A DNA stretch of 64,000 nucleotides, from NCBI RefSeq assembly GCF_006345805.1, contig NC_042999.1, positions 117,862,001-117,926,000 on the forward strand, written 5' to 3'. Numbering within the stretch: position 1 is the stretch's first letter; each line of letters starts with the position of its first letter. Below the pieces are notes generated by a model that made no database searches, was not told the origin of the DNA, and saw nothing but the letters and a program-made list of their open reading frames with translations. The DNA is from Octopus sinensis (lineage: Eukaryota). A program made the position numbers and the translations under genes. Positions 13,761-27,357 of the stretch are shown one piece after another.

Positions 13761-15202
13761 TTACTCGTTGTTGAATTTTTTCATGTATATATACATATAA
13801 AAACATATGCACATAGCCATAAATTCATACATGCATATAAACACCCACACCTACACCCCACCCTATTTATACGCGCGCACGCACACACACACACATATAT
13901 ATATATAAATAGACACACACACCTATTCCTGCTATCCATCTTTCTAGTTTCATCGATGTATCCTGTTCACTCATCTATCTTAAAACTATTCCGCATCCGT
14001 CAGAGAAAAAACACAAAAAATTAATAAATAAAAAGAGCGTATCTTATTCGAGTTAGTACACGCACATGAACTGCTGTTGACAGTGACTGATTTATTTTTA
14101 TGCAACGTTATTATCGAACTAACCAAGCATAAACTGCGATGGGCCACCATAGCAACAAACAATAGTTGTCACTTGAAGCATCTACAGATGTCGTGTACAC
14201 AATCGTAATGAAAAATTCATTCCGTAAATATGTTCTTCATAACTTTATTATAAATTCCACACCCTATGATATCTGAAAAAGCAACTTAATTCTATACTTC
14301 TCTTAACTATTTCTGGCCAAACAATAAAGCACATCGGAAACCTTAATTCGTAGGTTATAAACTATCGATGTACTCTTTTATTTTGAGCAATAGTTGAACG
14401 TATATGTTGTTGACAGCACTCTTAGAGATTCTTGTTTCAATTGAAATAATCCTTTTTTGGAGATCATTTATCAATATCGTTTTTAAAATGCATTTGGCAC
14501 CATCATTTATAGAACTTATAATATCAATTAAATGAACGTTTAACAACATCACAACACCAGCATGTAAGAAAATCTAATTCACATAAATTATCTCTCCTGT
14601 AATGCGTAATATACTTTTAGCAGAAAGAAATGAATTAATATATTTAATAAGTTGTTAGCTGACACTATGAATCTTTTAATCATATTTTTCGCCTCCACTC
14701 TCACACAAATTTAATTATTTAGTACTGGGTTGCACAATAGATCTTTCGTTTTCTCCGTTTGTTTGTTTCTATTAAACATCTGTTGAACCATTGACTGTTA
14801 TTAAGATTATCGAAACAAAACAACTCATTCATTTTATAATGATATATTTAAGAAGTAGAAAATGGTACCTATAAACGTCTCGTAAATAAATATATTACCC
14901 AAAATTAGGGAAAAAAATTATCTAGCGTACACACTTATAAAACTATAAAAATTTAAGCTAATACATAGCTTCAGTATTTTGAAGCTATATTGACTCATTA
15001 AGCTTTAGATAGGAGGATTAACTAACTGTGAAACATAGGTCACAGTGTAAGTTCGTAATAATATTTTTTCGTCCAGTACTAAATGCAAATTAAGCAATAA
15101 TATGAAAACCGAGCTCGAATTAATTAGAAAATCGTCAGTAAGATTTGTAAGTTAGGTAACCATTAAAAATTGGATATAAGCAAGGTTAATTAATAATATT
15201 GG

Positions 15203-15406
15203 TTTCAAATTTTGGCACAGGCTAACAATTTGGGGGAGGTGGCTAATCGATTACCTCGGCCCTAGTACTCAACTTGAACTAACATTATTTAGAAAGGACA
15301 AAAGGGAAAGTTGACCCTGGTGGCGTTCGAGCTCAAAACGTGAAGACGGAAAATATTCTGCTAAGCATTTTGTCCGGCGCGATAACGATTCTGTCAGTTT
15401 GCCGTC
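15203..15406 (-). mobile_element. tRNA-derived SINE (MetaSINE-like)
   Basis: Homologous to 2235-2443 and 17978-18187. Confidence 0.8.
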
Positions 15407-15928
15407 TTAAATCAATTAATAATATTAATAATCAAAGAAATGACAAATTTACCGCATTTGATTTTCTCGAAAATTGTATGGCTCTATCGCAAAACATCTA
15501 TTCATCAACGCCTAACAATTCGCAAAGCTAAATAACGATATAGATGATAATGAAAGAAATAACATTAGGTGCACCTGCGAAAACACTACTCACAACGGGT
15601 TTTCTGGGTAGGTTTTAAACAGTCTGTCCTCATAGGCTTTTTCGACATTCATACTGGGTCTTCAGACTGCGCGAACTTTTATGATTTTATTTGTGCATAT
15701 CATATCTCTTTGCCAAAAAGCCTGTATCACTTCAACGCAGTCAAAATAGGATTATATAACGATAATAGACAGATTATATCCCAATGTACAAAAGGACACA
15801 TTCTAGACACATCCAGAAAATAACTTATCATTAGCTTCAATAATAATGAAGCTCCATTAATTTCGGTCTAAAAGTGACTATAGCTACTAAAATAAGAGTT
15901 GTAATTTTTTAATGTTATTCTCAACCTA

Positions 15929-16160
15929 TTTCTTTACCACCCAGAAGGGGCTAAACACAGAGTGGACAAGCAAGGACAGACAAACGGATTAAGTCGATTA
16001 TATCGACCCCAGTGCGTAAATGGTACTTATTTAATCGAAACCCCGAACGGATGAAAGGCAAAGTCGACCTCGGCGGAATTTGAACTCAGAACGTAGCGGT
16101 AGACAAAATACCGCTAAGTATTTCGCCCGGCGTGCTAACGTTTCTGCCAGCTCACCGCCT
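15929..16160 (-). mobile_element. tRNA-derived SINE (MetaSINE-like) with an alternative 3' tail
   Basis: Head GGCGGTGAGCTGGCAGAAACGTTAGCACG and core GAGGTCGACTTTGCCTTTCATCC. Tail is TTGTCCACTCTGTGTTTAGCCCC...AAAGAAA. Confidence 0.9.
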
Positions 16161-17036
16161 ATGTTATCCTTAACCTACACGCAGAAAAATATAATCCATA
16201 TAGCAAACCTAACGGATAGTCACAAGCATTAATACAAATTCTTGTTATCAACACTTAAGTTTTAAAGTCTCATTAATAATAACAGTGGAAGACTCTTCAA
16301 ATAAATAAGACTTCGAGAATTTGCTCCGCTGCAGTAATAAACTAGTAGAAGGTAGTGCATTTAAAAATAAGAATTCAAATTCCTTTAAAACCGATTCTGC
16401 AATATGAAGAAGAGATGTTATCAGGCTCGCAAACCACTACACTTTAAATGTTAAGATTAACATTGCTGAAAATTGTTTACTCTTATACTATATTCTTCAA
16501 TAACCGGCACAGAAATCTATGCAATAGAAATCAAAAGTTATCAAACCAGCTTCTGCACTTGTTGAAATGCAAACGTATGTTTACTTAGTCAGTCATGCGA
16601 CGCTTAAGCGTTTTTGTAAGAGTGAAAATACACCCCACCAAACCAAAATTAAAAACCGCGTGAACACCATACACATATATTGGAAGTTAACTCTAAACAA
16701 TCGTACTTCAACATTACATCAAACTTCAAAAGTCTGTAAGGGAGGAATACAAACACCCTGCCCATTTACGTCTGATATTTGAATGAACAAGCCTTTCAAT
16801 TCGAGACCAAATGAAAAATATGCAAAGAAGCATAACATGCAGAGATAGTAAAAGACGCTGCATGTCGTGCATATCTGTATAAAACCGCATATTCAAAAGC
16901 ATTAACAAATCTAAATGTCAGATCAGAGAATTTCGCCAAATGTTATCACTTTGAAAATTACCTATGGAAACAGTTCTTCCATTTCTATTCGTGGTTAACT
17001 AATCCTGCCTTCTTTTTGATTCACAAATATACACAA

Positions 17037-17045
17037 ACACGCACG

Positions 17046-17112
<67 letters not shown>

Positions 17113-17122
17113 GCGCGCGCAC
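17037..17122. repeat. (CA)n/(CG)n microsatellite
   Basis: Visible repeat. Confidence 0.95.
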
Positions 17123-17977
17123 ACATGTAAAAACATATATATACAATGTATAAGTCTATGTATGCTTGTATTATTTATACGTGCTTACATACAAGAAAAT
17201 TAGCTTGAGATCGAAGAACTGGTCCTAATGCTTTTAAAATAATCGATTTCTGCAAAGAAACCAAATAATATACGTAAAGGAAATACACATTTGATTCCCA
17301 ATTTGTGTAATGTTTCCAATTTATTGTGTCTAATTTCCATTTGTATTCGTTATTCGTGTAATAGTACTCGCTTGCTCAATAAACAGGTCTTTCATTATAT
17401 TACCCCAGATATAATCTCACTCTTTTAAACGAACTCAAAGTTAGCCCTTCAGCGTGGTTGTTTAATTTGCTAGAAACAGCAGGGATCATGATAGTATATT
17501 CTAAGGCCTGTAGCATATCAAATAGCCCTACCAAAATATTCACCTCTGATATTTTTCTGCTTTTTCATTATACTTTATTATTTGTAAATTTTGCCAGTAA
17601 CTCAGAAAAATTTCATTTCATTAAAAGCATTAATTTTTACAAATTCCAGAAAAACAGTTTTCTAATGATATTTAGATGATTCCGAATTTCTATACCATTT
17701 TGTGATATGTTACGTCTAATTTCCCTTTATATTTTTTATTCGTTTAATAAATTTAGAATAATATGAAGCACTCAAGGACGATGTTTAAATTTATAAAGAA
17801 ATCTGGTATGATTTTGAAATAACTTAGCCATGGAGAAGCCCACAGTCTATTTAGTATATATGTATATATACCAGGAGATTCTGTAGCTTTATACGATAGT
17901 GAACTGGAATGCACATCTTGTATTGAATAACTTACTAGTACTACTTTTTTGTCAATATATATTTGCACATTTTTTAT

Positions 17978-18187
17978 GGTGACGAGCTGGCAGAATCATT
18001 AGCACAGTGGGCGAAATGCTTAGTAGTGTTTCGCCCGTCTTTACGTTCTGAGTTCAAATTCCACCGTGGTCTATTTTCCCTTTCATCCCATCGGGACCGA
18101 TAAAATAAATACTCGTTGCGTACTGGAGTCAATGCAATGGACTTAACCCTGCCTTTAAATTGCTGGCCTTGTGCCAAAATTTGAAAA
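17978..18187 (+). mobile_element. tRNA-derived SINE (MetaSINE-like)
   Basis: GGTGACGAGCTGGCAGAATCATTAGC head, GAGTTCAAATTCC B box and GGCCTTGTGCCAAAATTTGAAA tail. Confidence 0.9.
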
Positions 18188-18251
18188 CAATATATATTTG
18201 TACGCTTTAATGTTTTAATCTATATGAACTCACAAGTGAATAAAAATGGTG

Positions 18252-18283
<32 letters not shown>

Positions 18284-18784
18284 AGATAGACAAACAGACA
18301 GACAGGGAGAGAGAGAGTGAGAGAGAGAACGTCGTTAGGAAAGAGAATGCAAGTAACTGAGAAAGACTGACAAATTCGAATGTGAAAGCAAATAGCGCAG
18401 TACGTATATTGTACGATATATATTTATGTATAACCAAAGGAAGTTTGAAATTTCTCAAGTTGGAATGAGATGACAAAAGTAAAAGAGAGAGAGAGAGAGA
18501 AGGAAGAAGATGTAAGGGAGAAAAACGATGAAGAAAATAACACACATCAACATATACCTAACAGAAACACTAAATATATTTTTTGATGAAAACAATTGAA
18601 TAGAGAAAGTAGAGAGAGAAAGATATATGTATATATATATATATATATAAGAGAAAGAGAGACAAAGAGAGAATGAGACAGACAGTCAGTCAGACAGACA
18701 AGCAGACGAGCAGAGACAGAGACAAAGACAGAAACAAAGAGACACAACTTTGCAACGGAGGAAATTAAAAAAAAGTGTTCTGGG

Positions 18785-19200
18785 AAAGATATTTGCGAAG
18801 TATTGTATTATGTCCTTCGAATAAAACCACCAATAGGAGAGAATATAACCAAAGATTGCGTGTAATCCATCCCATGCAGCTGTGGTAGGTTATACGAAGG
18901 CGAAACATGCCGCCCCCTCAAAATAAGGGTAGGCGAACATCACAAAGCAGTGATACAAGGAGATATTGATAAATCGGGTATAGCTGACCATGTATGGAAA
19001 ATTGGTGACCACCTGCCCCTGTGAGATGAAGTTAAAATAATAGACAGAGAACACCACTGGAAAACACGTAAACTAAAAGAAGCAGCACATATGCTAGGAC
19101 AAAATAACCTCCTAAGCAGACCGAGTGCAGATATGTGCAGCATATGGGAACTGTTATTAAGGAAGAATAGAAAAATATCAGATTTATAAGCCCTAAAATT
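18785..19200 (+). mobile_element. Penelope-like element, GIY-YIG endonuclease C-terminal relic
   Basis: Translates DCV*SIPCSCGRLYEGETCRPLKIRVGEHHKAVIQGDIDKSGIADHVWKIGDHLPL*DEVKIIDREHHWKTRKLKEAAHML. Confidence 0.85.
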
Positions 19201-19220
19201 CACTCCATCATTGCCCACGG

Positions 19221-19292
19221 GAATGTGGCATAGTGGTTGAGAGCGCAGGCTACTAACCCTAAGATTTCGAGTTCGATTCCAAGCAGTGACCT
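19221..19292 (+). ncRNA. tRNA-like module (Pol III A/B boxes) at the 3' side of the Penelope ORF; not a functional tRNA call
   Basis: TGGCATAGTGG (A box, 19226) and GAGTTCGATTCC (B box, 19269-19280). The acceptor stem is not convincing. Confidence 0.7.
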
Positions 19293-19365
19293 GAACAATA
19301 ATAACAATAACAACAACATCGAAAAAAACCTTAGGAATGAGAACCCAGGTTTGAAATTTCCCCCA

Positions 19366-19440
19366 AGACACCTGATGAAGTCTGGAGGATATATCAGCTG
19401 AAACAACAAACAAGATGAGGACAAATATCCGTCAAATGTA
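19366..19440 (+). ncRNA. Degenerate hammerhead ribozyme core
   Basis: CTGATGA (19372-19378), stem II AGTCTG/CAGCT, GAAAC (19400) and a candidate GTC at 19431-19433. Stems I and III are weak in this copy. Confidence 0.5.
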
Positions 19441-22400
19441 AATAATGAAAATTTTCTAGTTTATTTGAAACAAGTTCTATAACAGCCACAATGGAATTAG
19501 CGCTTTGCAAATTATAGCAGACTAATAGATGCCGCAGATTTTCACCTTAATTTTTTTTTCTAGTATTCAGTAAACCATATTTTCTTCAGCTAATTCACCA
19601 TTTCTTTTGACCTTAAGGTCAACAAGTAGTGCAGTCTAGAATACTTTTGCAAACACTATTGTAGCTTTAACTGCAATGTTCACATCAATCATTGTTTTGA
19701 AATTCTTATCTTTTTCTTTTATTATGAATACACGTACATACAAAAAGTACAATGTGCCTTCTATATGTATATATATAAGTATTTATACAATATGTATGTG
19801 TACATACATACATTCGTGCATACATTCATACACACACGCACTCTCTACCTCACACACACTCATATATGTATATACATACATGTAAATGTGACTATATATA
19901 TATATATATATATATCTATCTACGTTGATACTTGCCTGTCTATCTATCTGTCTTTCTGTCTATCTGACTGCTTGCCTGTCTCACTGTCTACCTGTACGTA
20001 TACTTATATATATATGAGACTTTACATATACACATGCACACACATCTGTGTATCTAAAAACAGCCTTTTGAGCATCAGACACAGTCAACGATTTAATAGC
20101 ATATTTTTGACAGCTTTCAAACGTTCTGTCCCTGTTGCTTTGCACTCTTAGTGTCATTGATTTCTATATTCCTCTTTTGTTTTGTTAATTTCCTCGTTCC
20201 ATATCACTTTCAACATCATGTTCATTTCACTATATTTTTCTTTCCCGTTTTTACACTATATATTCAACCATTTATTTTCCCCAGCTTTCATTCTTCAGTT
20301 TTCTTCCTTCCCTCTTCGTAATTATCATCCTATTTTCTTTACCATCATTATTCTCTTCCTTTTTACCTTCCAACTAGTATCGACCATGTTCTCTTTGTTA
20401 TTTCCTTTGTTACAATTTCCTCCCTTTATTCATTATTGTTGTTCAAATGACAGCAAACATCATTCCGACTGTTTTTGTATGATTGAACACATATTTATCT
20501 CCTCTTCTCTTCTGCCCACCTGTAATTACAACTACGTCAGCACATATGTATGTATGTGTGTTTCTATGTATGTCTCAATTAGCAAGATACCTATAAACTC
20601 ACTTCATTAGTTGATCCTTGTAGACAAGCTTCATTAGCTTTGCTTGTCCCTAAATCATTATATCTATTTGCTTGCTTCTCCCTATAGCAGTATGTCAGTA
20701 TGTCTATTTGTCTGTCCATGCATCAATTTGTCCGTTTGTTTCACTGTTCACCTTAATTCCATTTTTATCAGTCTTCCCTAATTCAATTTGTCAATCTATC
20801 CTATACAAATTTGTCTGTTTTTCGTTTTTCTTGTCCTTCACTCAATTTATCATTTTGTATTCTGTTTGTTGGCAAAATTTTCAGAACCCTTATCCTGTAT
20901 TAACCCGCGTTATCTGTTATAGTCTAACACAATGTAATATGTCAGTTTGTTAGTCTCCATCTCATTGCAGATCTTCCATAACTGATTTAGTATTCTATAC
21001 GTTAGTCTAGATATTTGTTTGCCGTCTAGTCATTTATGAATATTAATTTATCCATCTCTCAATTATTTACCTAACTCGCTCACAATCTGGTTCAATGTTA
21101 CTATATTTTAACAGCGACAAACTAGCAATTTGTGTCTACTGATCTCCTCATACCGATTCTTTTATTCTGTTACTAGTTACAATCATTAAACGATGGTCGT
21201 GTTGGAGCACAACTTTGCACTGCTTTCATTATTCGTTTTTGTTGATCATAGCATTCGTGACACTTTTATCAGTTTAATACTTATTTTATCGCCCTATATT
21301 TCATCAATCAGAAACATTACTGATTGAACACTGCAATGTTAAGTTATACAATAAACACAAACACGGATACAAACACACATGCACATACATGTTCGCCTGT
21401 ATGCTTGTAGGTTCTAAAACAGTGAGTTCTAGCTTTATTTATCAAGATCTGTTTCTTTCTTTCTTTATTGTTTACTTTGTTTTCCTCCGAACCTGCTTCA
21501 AACAGTAAAACTGAATTTTGACTGCTAGATTTGCCCGCGTGTTGAGTTTTGAGTACTGCTTCCATCATTAATCGTCTAATATTTTTGGGGTCACTGTAGA
21601 AAACCTTAGTTCTGAGCCAATCAGGTTGTTACTGCTCTAAGATTTGGTCTCCAGACTCATTCGGTCCCAAGGAAGAAAGCGAAAGGTCAGAAGCAGCGTT
21701 CATCAGTAAAATAACTTCGATTAAAAGCATTAATTACAGGAAATGTCTGAAAGCTTTGCGTCTCTGCTCTCTTGACGCCGAAGAGAGAGATACTCTATTA
21801 AATATGTAGGGAAATTCCTAGAGGTGTTAGTTCCAAACCTCGGCTTTATAATTTTAATGCAGGAACTGGTAGATACTGTCAGCTTGCAAATATACTACCT
21901 TCGACATCATGGACAAACACACTCTAAATTACCGTTGTGATATTTAGAGTTCCTTAATTGTTCAACATCTTGCCGAAAGAAACCAGAAACATAATAGAAA
22001 GACATATTGTGCATCACAGCTAAGGGATAGGTTGTGCTTTTTCTGGGCAGAATACACAATTTGTTAGGACTGTTTTAACACCAGCAGATTCATGATTACA
22101 TTGGGCTGATATTATTTTGATTTAATATTTGAAAAACAACAATATCTTGATATGCTTCTTCCTACTACTTCAATATATAAATAGCGTTTTAAACTTCCTC
22201 ATTTGCTCTTTTTCGCAGCTATTTTCCTTGAGTAAATCTTTAAAAATTCCCCACAAACTATGAAATAACCTAGAATAACATGAGCCCCCATTATATGAAG
22301 TTGCATGAGTTACTAGCTTGTTAAAGATAATTTTATAACAGCTGTAGATAGTTTTAGCTAAAAGCTAATTGTCGTAACGGTGACGGTCGTGGTAGGTACG

Positions 22401-23009
22401 AGGCGTGCAGTAGGAATTATACTTGTTAGTGATGGCATTAATGTTATCACAATAGTATATTTGATTGTGTCTTTTGGTTGAGATGGATTCAAATTGTGTT
22501 AGCAATATTTTAGATTGACGTACTATTTGCGTTGGTGTAAAAGATGTTTGCTTTTTGTTTTCCTTGTTGATTGAGGAGGTTTAGATTTTGTTATAGTGCT
22601 TGTACTGGCACTGGTATTGGTGATTTTAGCTCTAGTAATTGTGCTGGCAATGATGTAGCGGAGCTGGTGGAGGTAGTGAAAGGTCAACAATATTTCCTTG
22701 TAGTATCTAAACTGTTTCTGATAGTGACAGCTGCTACTGTCTATGCAGACTTGTCTTGTGCATAAATTAGTATGTCATGTGTGAGAACATATGCACGATT
22801 ATATGTGAGATTTTGTCATGTGTGTGAACATATATATGTGTGACTGGTTTCTGTTTGTGTTTACTATGCTGGATGATAAGAAGTGAGAAAACAAAATATT
22901 TAGCGAAATATAATACAAAACTAAGAGGTGGGGAAAATGGCTACATTGGAAGAGACAGAGGCACAGACAGAAGGAGAATGATAACTATATATATATATAT
23001 AACTTTTGT

Positions 23010-23836
23010 TAATGTTATGATGTTTTTCTTTTGACATTTGATATCTGTTACTTTTAGCTATTTTATTTACAGCTGTTAGTTCAGTGTCAGTTTTAACATG
23101 GAGTACAAAAACGAACATTTTTGCCACATTTTGCTTTTATATTTCCGTCAAGGCAAGAAAGCTGCTGAAGCTCACAAAGAGATATATGAAGTTTATAGTG
23201 TTCATTGCTTAACAGAAGACATGTCGGACATGGTTTTAAAAATTCCGTTATGGAGACTTTTCATTCAAAAATGACCAGTGTTCAGGTCGACCTACGGAAG
23301 TTGATGATGACCGAATCAAAGCCATAATTGAATCTGATTCCCATATAACTGTGCGAGAGATCGCAGAGAGGTTAAATGCATCACTCACAACAATTGAAGA
23401 TAATTTAAAATGTATTGGACTCATTAAGAAGCTCGGTATTTGGGTTCCACATAAATTGAAAGAGTTTCACTTAACACAATGAATCAATATTTAAACGCAA
23501 TGATATCAACCTTTTTTTGAAACGAATTGTCACTGGTGAGGAAAAATGGATTGTCTACAATAGCATCAATCGAAAACGATCATGGTCAAAGCATAATGAA
23601 CCAGCACAAACCACATCGAAAGGTCAATTGCATAAAAAAGCCATACTTTCAATTTGGTGGGATTACAAATGTGTTGTATTTTTTGAGCTGCTTCCAAGGA
23701 ACCAAACGATCAATTCAGATGTTTGCTGTCAACAACTAATGAAACTGGAGGAAGTAATCAAAGAAAAACGGCCAGAATTGGCAAATCGTAATGGAATCGT
23801 GTGCCCCCATGACAATATTAGACCACACACGTCTGT
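23010..23836 (+). mobile_element. Decayed mariner transposon
   Basis: ATG at 23098 (MEYKNEHFCHILL); CSGRPTEVDDDRIKA; WVPHK; KRIVTGEEKWIVYN; LSIWWDYK; HDNIRPHTS. Truncated before YSPDL. Confidence 0.85.
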
Positions 23837-24443
23837 GAATAGTAATGGGATGTCGACATTGATGTAGATCAATGAAGGAAAAAGAAATAAATGGTTTCTA
23901 AAGGATCACAAAGTGCTGAAGTGTTAAACGAAACTGAAATTTCGTTGTTGGAAGAGTAATTTCAGAAACGAATGAGATTTTAATGGCTTCATGTATTGCT
24001 AGGAAATGTTCTTTTCTAACTTCGTCGAATATTTTGGAGTACAAATATGAGTGTAATCAAGATCAGGATCAAGATTATAATATGCATGTAAAGAGAAGTT
24101 TTTCGCGAGAGACAGATTTCGGCGTTTTATTTTTGCTGCTGCATTGCAAAACGAAAAGGAGACCTAGAAAGAAGGCAACTTTAAACCTTTGATAGCCTCT
24201 TCAAAAGTATGATAAAAGAAACGTTTTTTCTAAATACAGTAATACTGCAGTAGATTCTTTTCACAATTGCTGTTAGTAATGTTCGTTGTGAGATGAGCAA
24301 TCGAAAGTAAATATTTTAAAAAATTACATAGTTTCTACATTAATGTAGAGAAATTTTGCTACACTATCTAAAGTATATCTAAACAATATCATTGAACGTG
24401 TTGCTAACAAAATACCAAGAATATAACAATGTAGAATGATGTA

Positions 24444-24720
24444 TTGGGTTGGCAAGAGAGAAATTTCGATTTTTTAGTGCGAAATAAAAGTGCCTTTTAT
24501 TTCATACAAAGAATGAACTTTAATCAATCACATAATTTCTATTTTGTTCAAGGACCTTTTGCATTCTTTCTGGCAACTTCATGATTCCGCGCTCATAGAA
24601 CTTTTTGGAGCAAGTGCGATTTTAGGTCATCAGAACTAAAGTTGGGAACACCTTCCATATAAATTCATTGGAGCTCGATCTGTGGTGCTATTACTGTCTA
24701 TAGGAGATGTTTCCACTCCA
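24444..24720 (-). mobile_element. mariner 3'-end fragment with TIR
   Basis: TA+TTGGGTTGGCAA TIR. The minus strand has C-terminal remnants (FYERGIMKLPERMQK). Confidence 0.6.
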
Positions 24721-24759
24721 ACTTGTTACAAATTATTAGAAAATTTATTAGACAGTCGG

Positions 24760-26870
24760 CTGATCTCTAAGAGGGCGGATCTTTATTTTAGTAAACAGCT
24801 TGAAGATTTTAACTTTGGTTCAAAATGACTGCAACTTCAGGCAAATAATGAATTCCTCGTCTTCTGTATTTTTTGGAGCCACAAGCTGGGTCTAAGGAAG
24901 CCATTTCACAACTATGTTGTTATTCCTCCAATTTGAGCTCTGTTGTCACGCAAGTACTACAGATTCTCCAAAGTCATTAGAGATTGTTATATATTATCAT
25001 ATATCCGACCACGAGAAGCACCTGACATCTAAAAGTTTCTAATTTCTAAATTGCTGGTCTCGTTTCAAACAGGTGCATCATTTCTATCCAAGCCAATAGC
25101 ATCAAGGAAATATATTCCAGCTTCATCTTGCTAAACTTTATCAAACATAGTAAAATGCACTCAACTGTTCTCTCATTAGCATTGGGATGAGTTTTTTCAT
25201 TGACCAATGTTGTTACATGTCAACGTATGATTTTTCTTTCAAAGTTCTGCTAATATGCTATGAATTTCAATAAAGTTCTAAACCATTTCTCTCATGGGTT
25301 TCTTGCCAGTATCGACGAAAGATGCATTGTAGATTTTTACCTGTGCCCTATTTGAGTGTAAGGAACTTAATGCAAGGAATTTTCAGCAAAGTTATTATGT
25401 TACTTGAGCCAAGCTGAAGCTAATTAAATGGTTTACAGCACGTTAAAAGTATAGTGTTTGAGAAAAATTCCTAACAAGGTTAAATTCCAAAAGCCCTCAC
25501 CATCTCCAGTAATCCATCTATAAAGCATACTTTTACGAGATGCGGTAAAAACTTCACCGTTGTTTGTTCTAAGATATTGAAGTAAATATGGACCTTTAAT
25601 TTCACGCAGAAGTTGTTAGAAGTAATCCTGTTGAGTGGACGGCACATTATATATCCTGTTAATTATACTGTTAAACTTTGTGTTCGATATGTGGCAGGGT
25701 GGAATCTAATGATTCAGCAACATTTATGCAAAAATTTAAGCAGACAGCTATATCGAATCTTGAAAAAGATTGTAAGCCTCGATCTCTGGAATATTATGCA
25801 ATGTTTTGCAGCAATTTCTTGAGCGAATGAAATTCTTTGTCATTTTACTAGTAGCCTACAAACTGTTGAATGCTGATGTATCTTTCATGAATGGAAAAAT
25901 GAAGAAAAAAACCAGCCTCATTGCTGCTGCTGTATTTTATCTACCAGAATTGGGTTACTTTATCACAGACGTTTTGCAGCACGAGTGCCTTTCTTTATAT
26001 ATTTGCAGACACTTTAGTCGGAATTTATAGAATTGCAAAATTCAACCGAGTTGTGTGCATGATCATGAAAGGCTTTGCTCAGGAGCGCTTAGAACAAGTT
26101 ACCTGTTACAAATTTTATGCTGTCCAATCAAATTTGGAAGGTTGCGTTCTGTGGCACTATTCTTCTGTAAGAGGCATAGCGATTGTAACCTATTTATTTC
26201 TTGAGAAATGGCTTTGGTATATTTGTTGTTTTTCATAGAAAGTGAATACCTCTTGAGGGCCACTCGGGGAGCACGAAGCGTTTGGGTTTTAACAGTACTA
26301 GAAACTCCATGTCACTGAGAGAGTCTAAACAATCTGATGAGACAGAGTAAAGCGGTTTGGAATGAGTATCGTGTTAGCGAGATTAAGATATGGCAATGCC
26401 CTTTTTGCCTTTCTCTGATAAACATGTGACATCTGACCAACCCAAATACTTGGGGCTTAGCAGATAAAATCGAAATTTTGTGAAGTTTTTAAGAAAAAAA
26501 ACCTGGATGCAGGATCATATCTGCGATATATGATTGTAATAGAAATGTTTGTTTTTTCTTGAGTTCTTCCTCTATCGGGAGTTAGAGACAAAAGTAATGA
26601 AGGAGTCTGAGTAGTTGAAATGACGAACTTGTTATTGTATTATGTATGATCCTTATTATTGACGGCATCTCGTAAAAGACATACAAGAATCAGTCCGCAG
26701 ATCTTTTTGATGAGCTCTAATGCAATACAATCTCTCGGACTGCATTTTATGAAACGTATCTGCCGCAAAATGGTAGTGTATATCTTGCTGGAGGTGTCAG
26801 ATCTGGACAGTAATATTTCAAACTGATGAGAATATCCTTTGTAGCAAATCATTTATAAACGGCAGTACTG
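24760..26870 (-). mobile_element. Heavily decayed Helitron Rep/helicase region
   Basis: Minus-strand fragments HFAADTFHKMQSERLYCIRAHQKDLRTD (~26700), CHMFIRERQKGHCHILISL (HUH-like motif, ~26400) and QLLREIKGPYLLQYLRTNNGEVF (~25570), in Helitron order. Confidence 0.7.
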
Positions 26871-27247
26871 CATGATGTTGCGACAGAAATTTGAACGTGC
26901 TGAAAATTTTACATTCGTATTATTACTCTTGATTCTACATATTTACAGTATTTAATTGTTTCTTTAAATATTTTTAATGAAATAAATACATTAATACCAA
27001 TGTTATTATCAATTAGGCACCCATAAGTGCTTAAGTAGATATAGAGAAAATAAAGCCATCTTCAAGGAAACGCAACTCATGTCATTGCCCAAAATTCTTG
27101 ACAGGAATTAGTGTTTGTGAAAGAAATTTCTATCTGATGTATTTTACTGTTCTATAAGAATTTTTTTGCATACAGTAGATAGAAAAGATGCTCCAAACAT
27201 ATATACCCAAAACAGAACATCTTATTTCCTCCTCTTTTCGCTACACC

Positions 27248-27248
<1 letters not shown>

Positions 27249-27332
<84 letters not shown>

Positions 27333-27355
27333 GCTAGCTAGCTAGCTAGCTAGCT
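27249..27355. repeat. (TATC)n grading into (TAGC)n, left flank of the Tx1 insertion
   Basis: Visible repeat. Confidence 0.95.
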
Positions 27356-27357
27356 AT

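Noticed and set aside
14143-14156. RFX X-box-like motif GCCACCATAGCAAC
   Set aside because: One mismatch, no linked gene or TSS, and likely by chance in 64 kb.
14355-14552. 65-aa minus-strand ORF with protein-like composition
   Set aside because: Short, no recognisable motif and no convincing splice sites.
21344-21720. 74-aa ORF and CCAAT-like motif
   Set aside because: No domain and no supporting gene structure.
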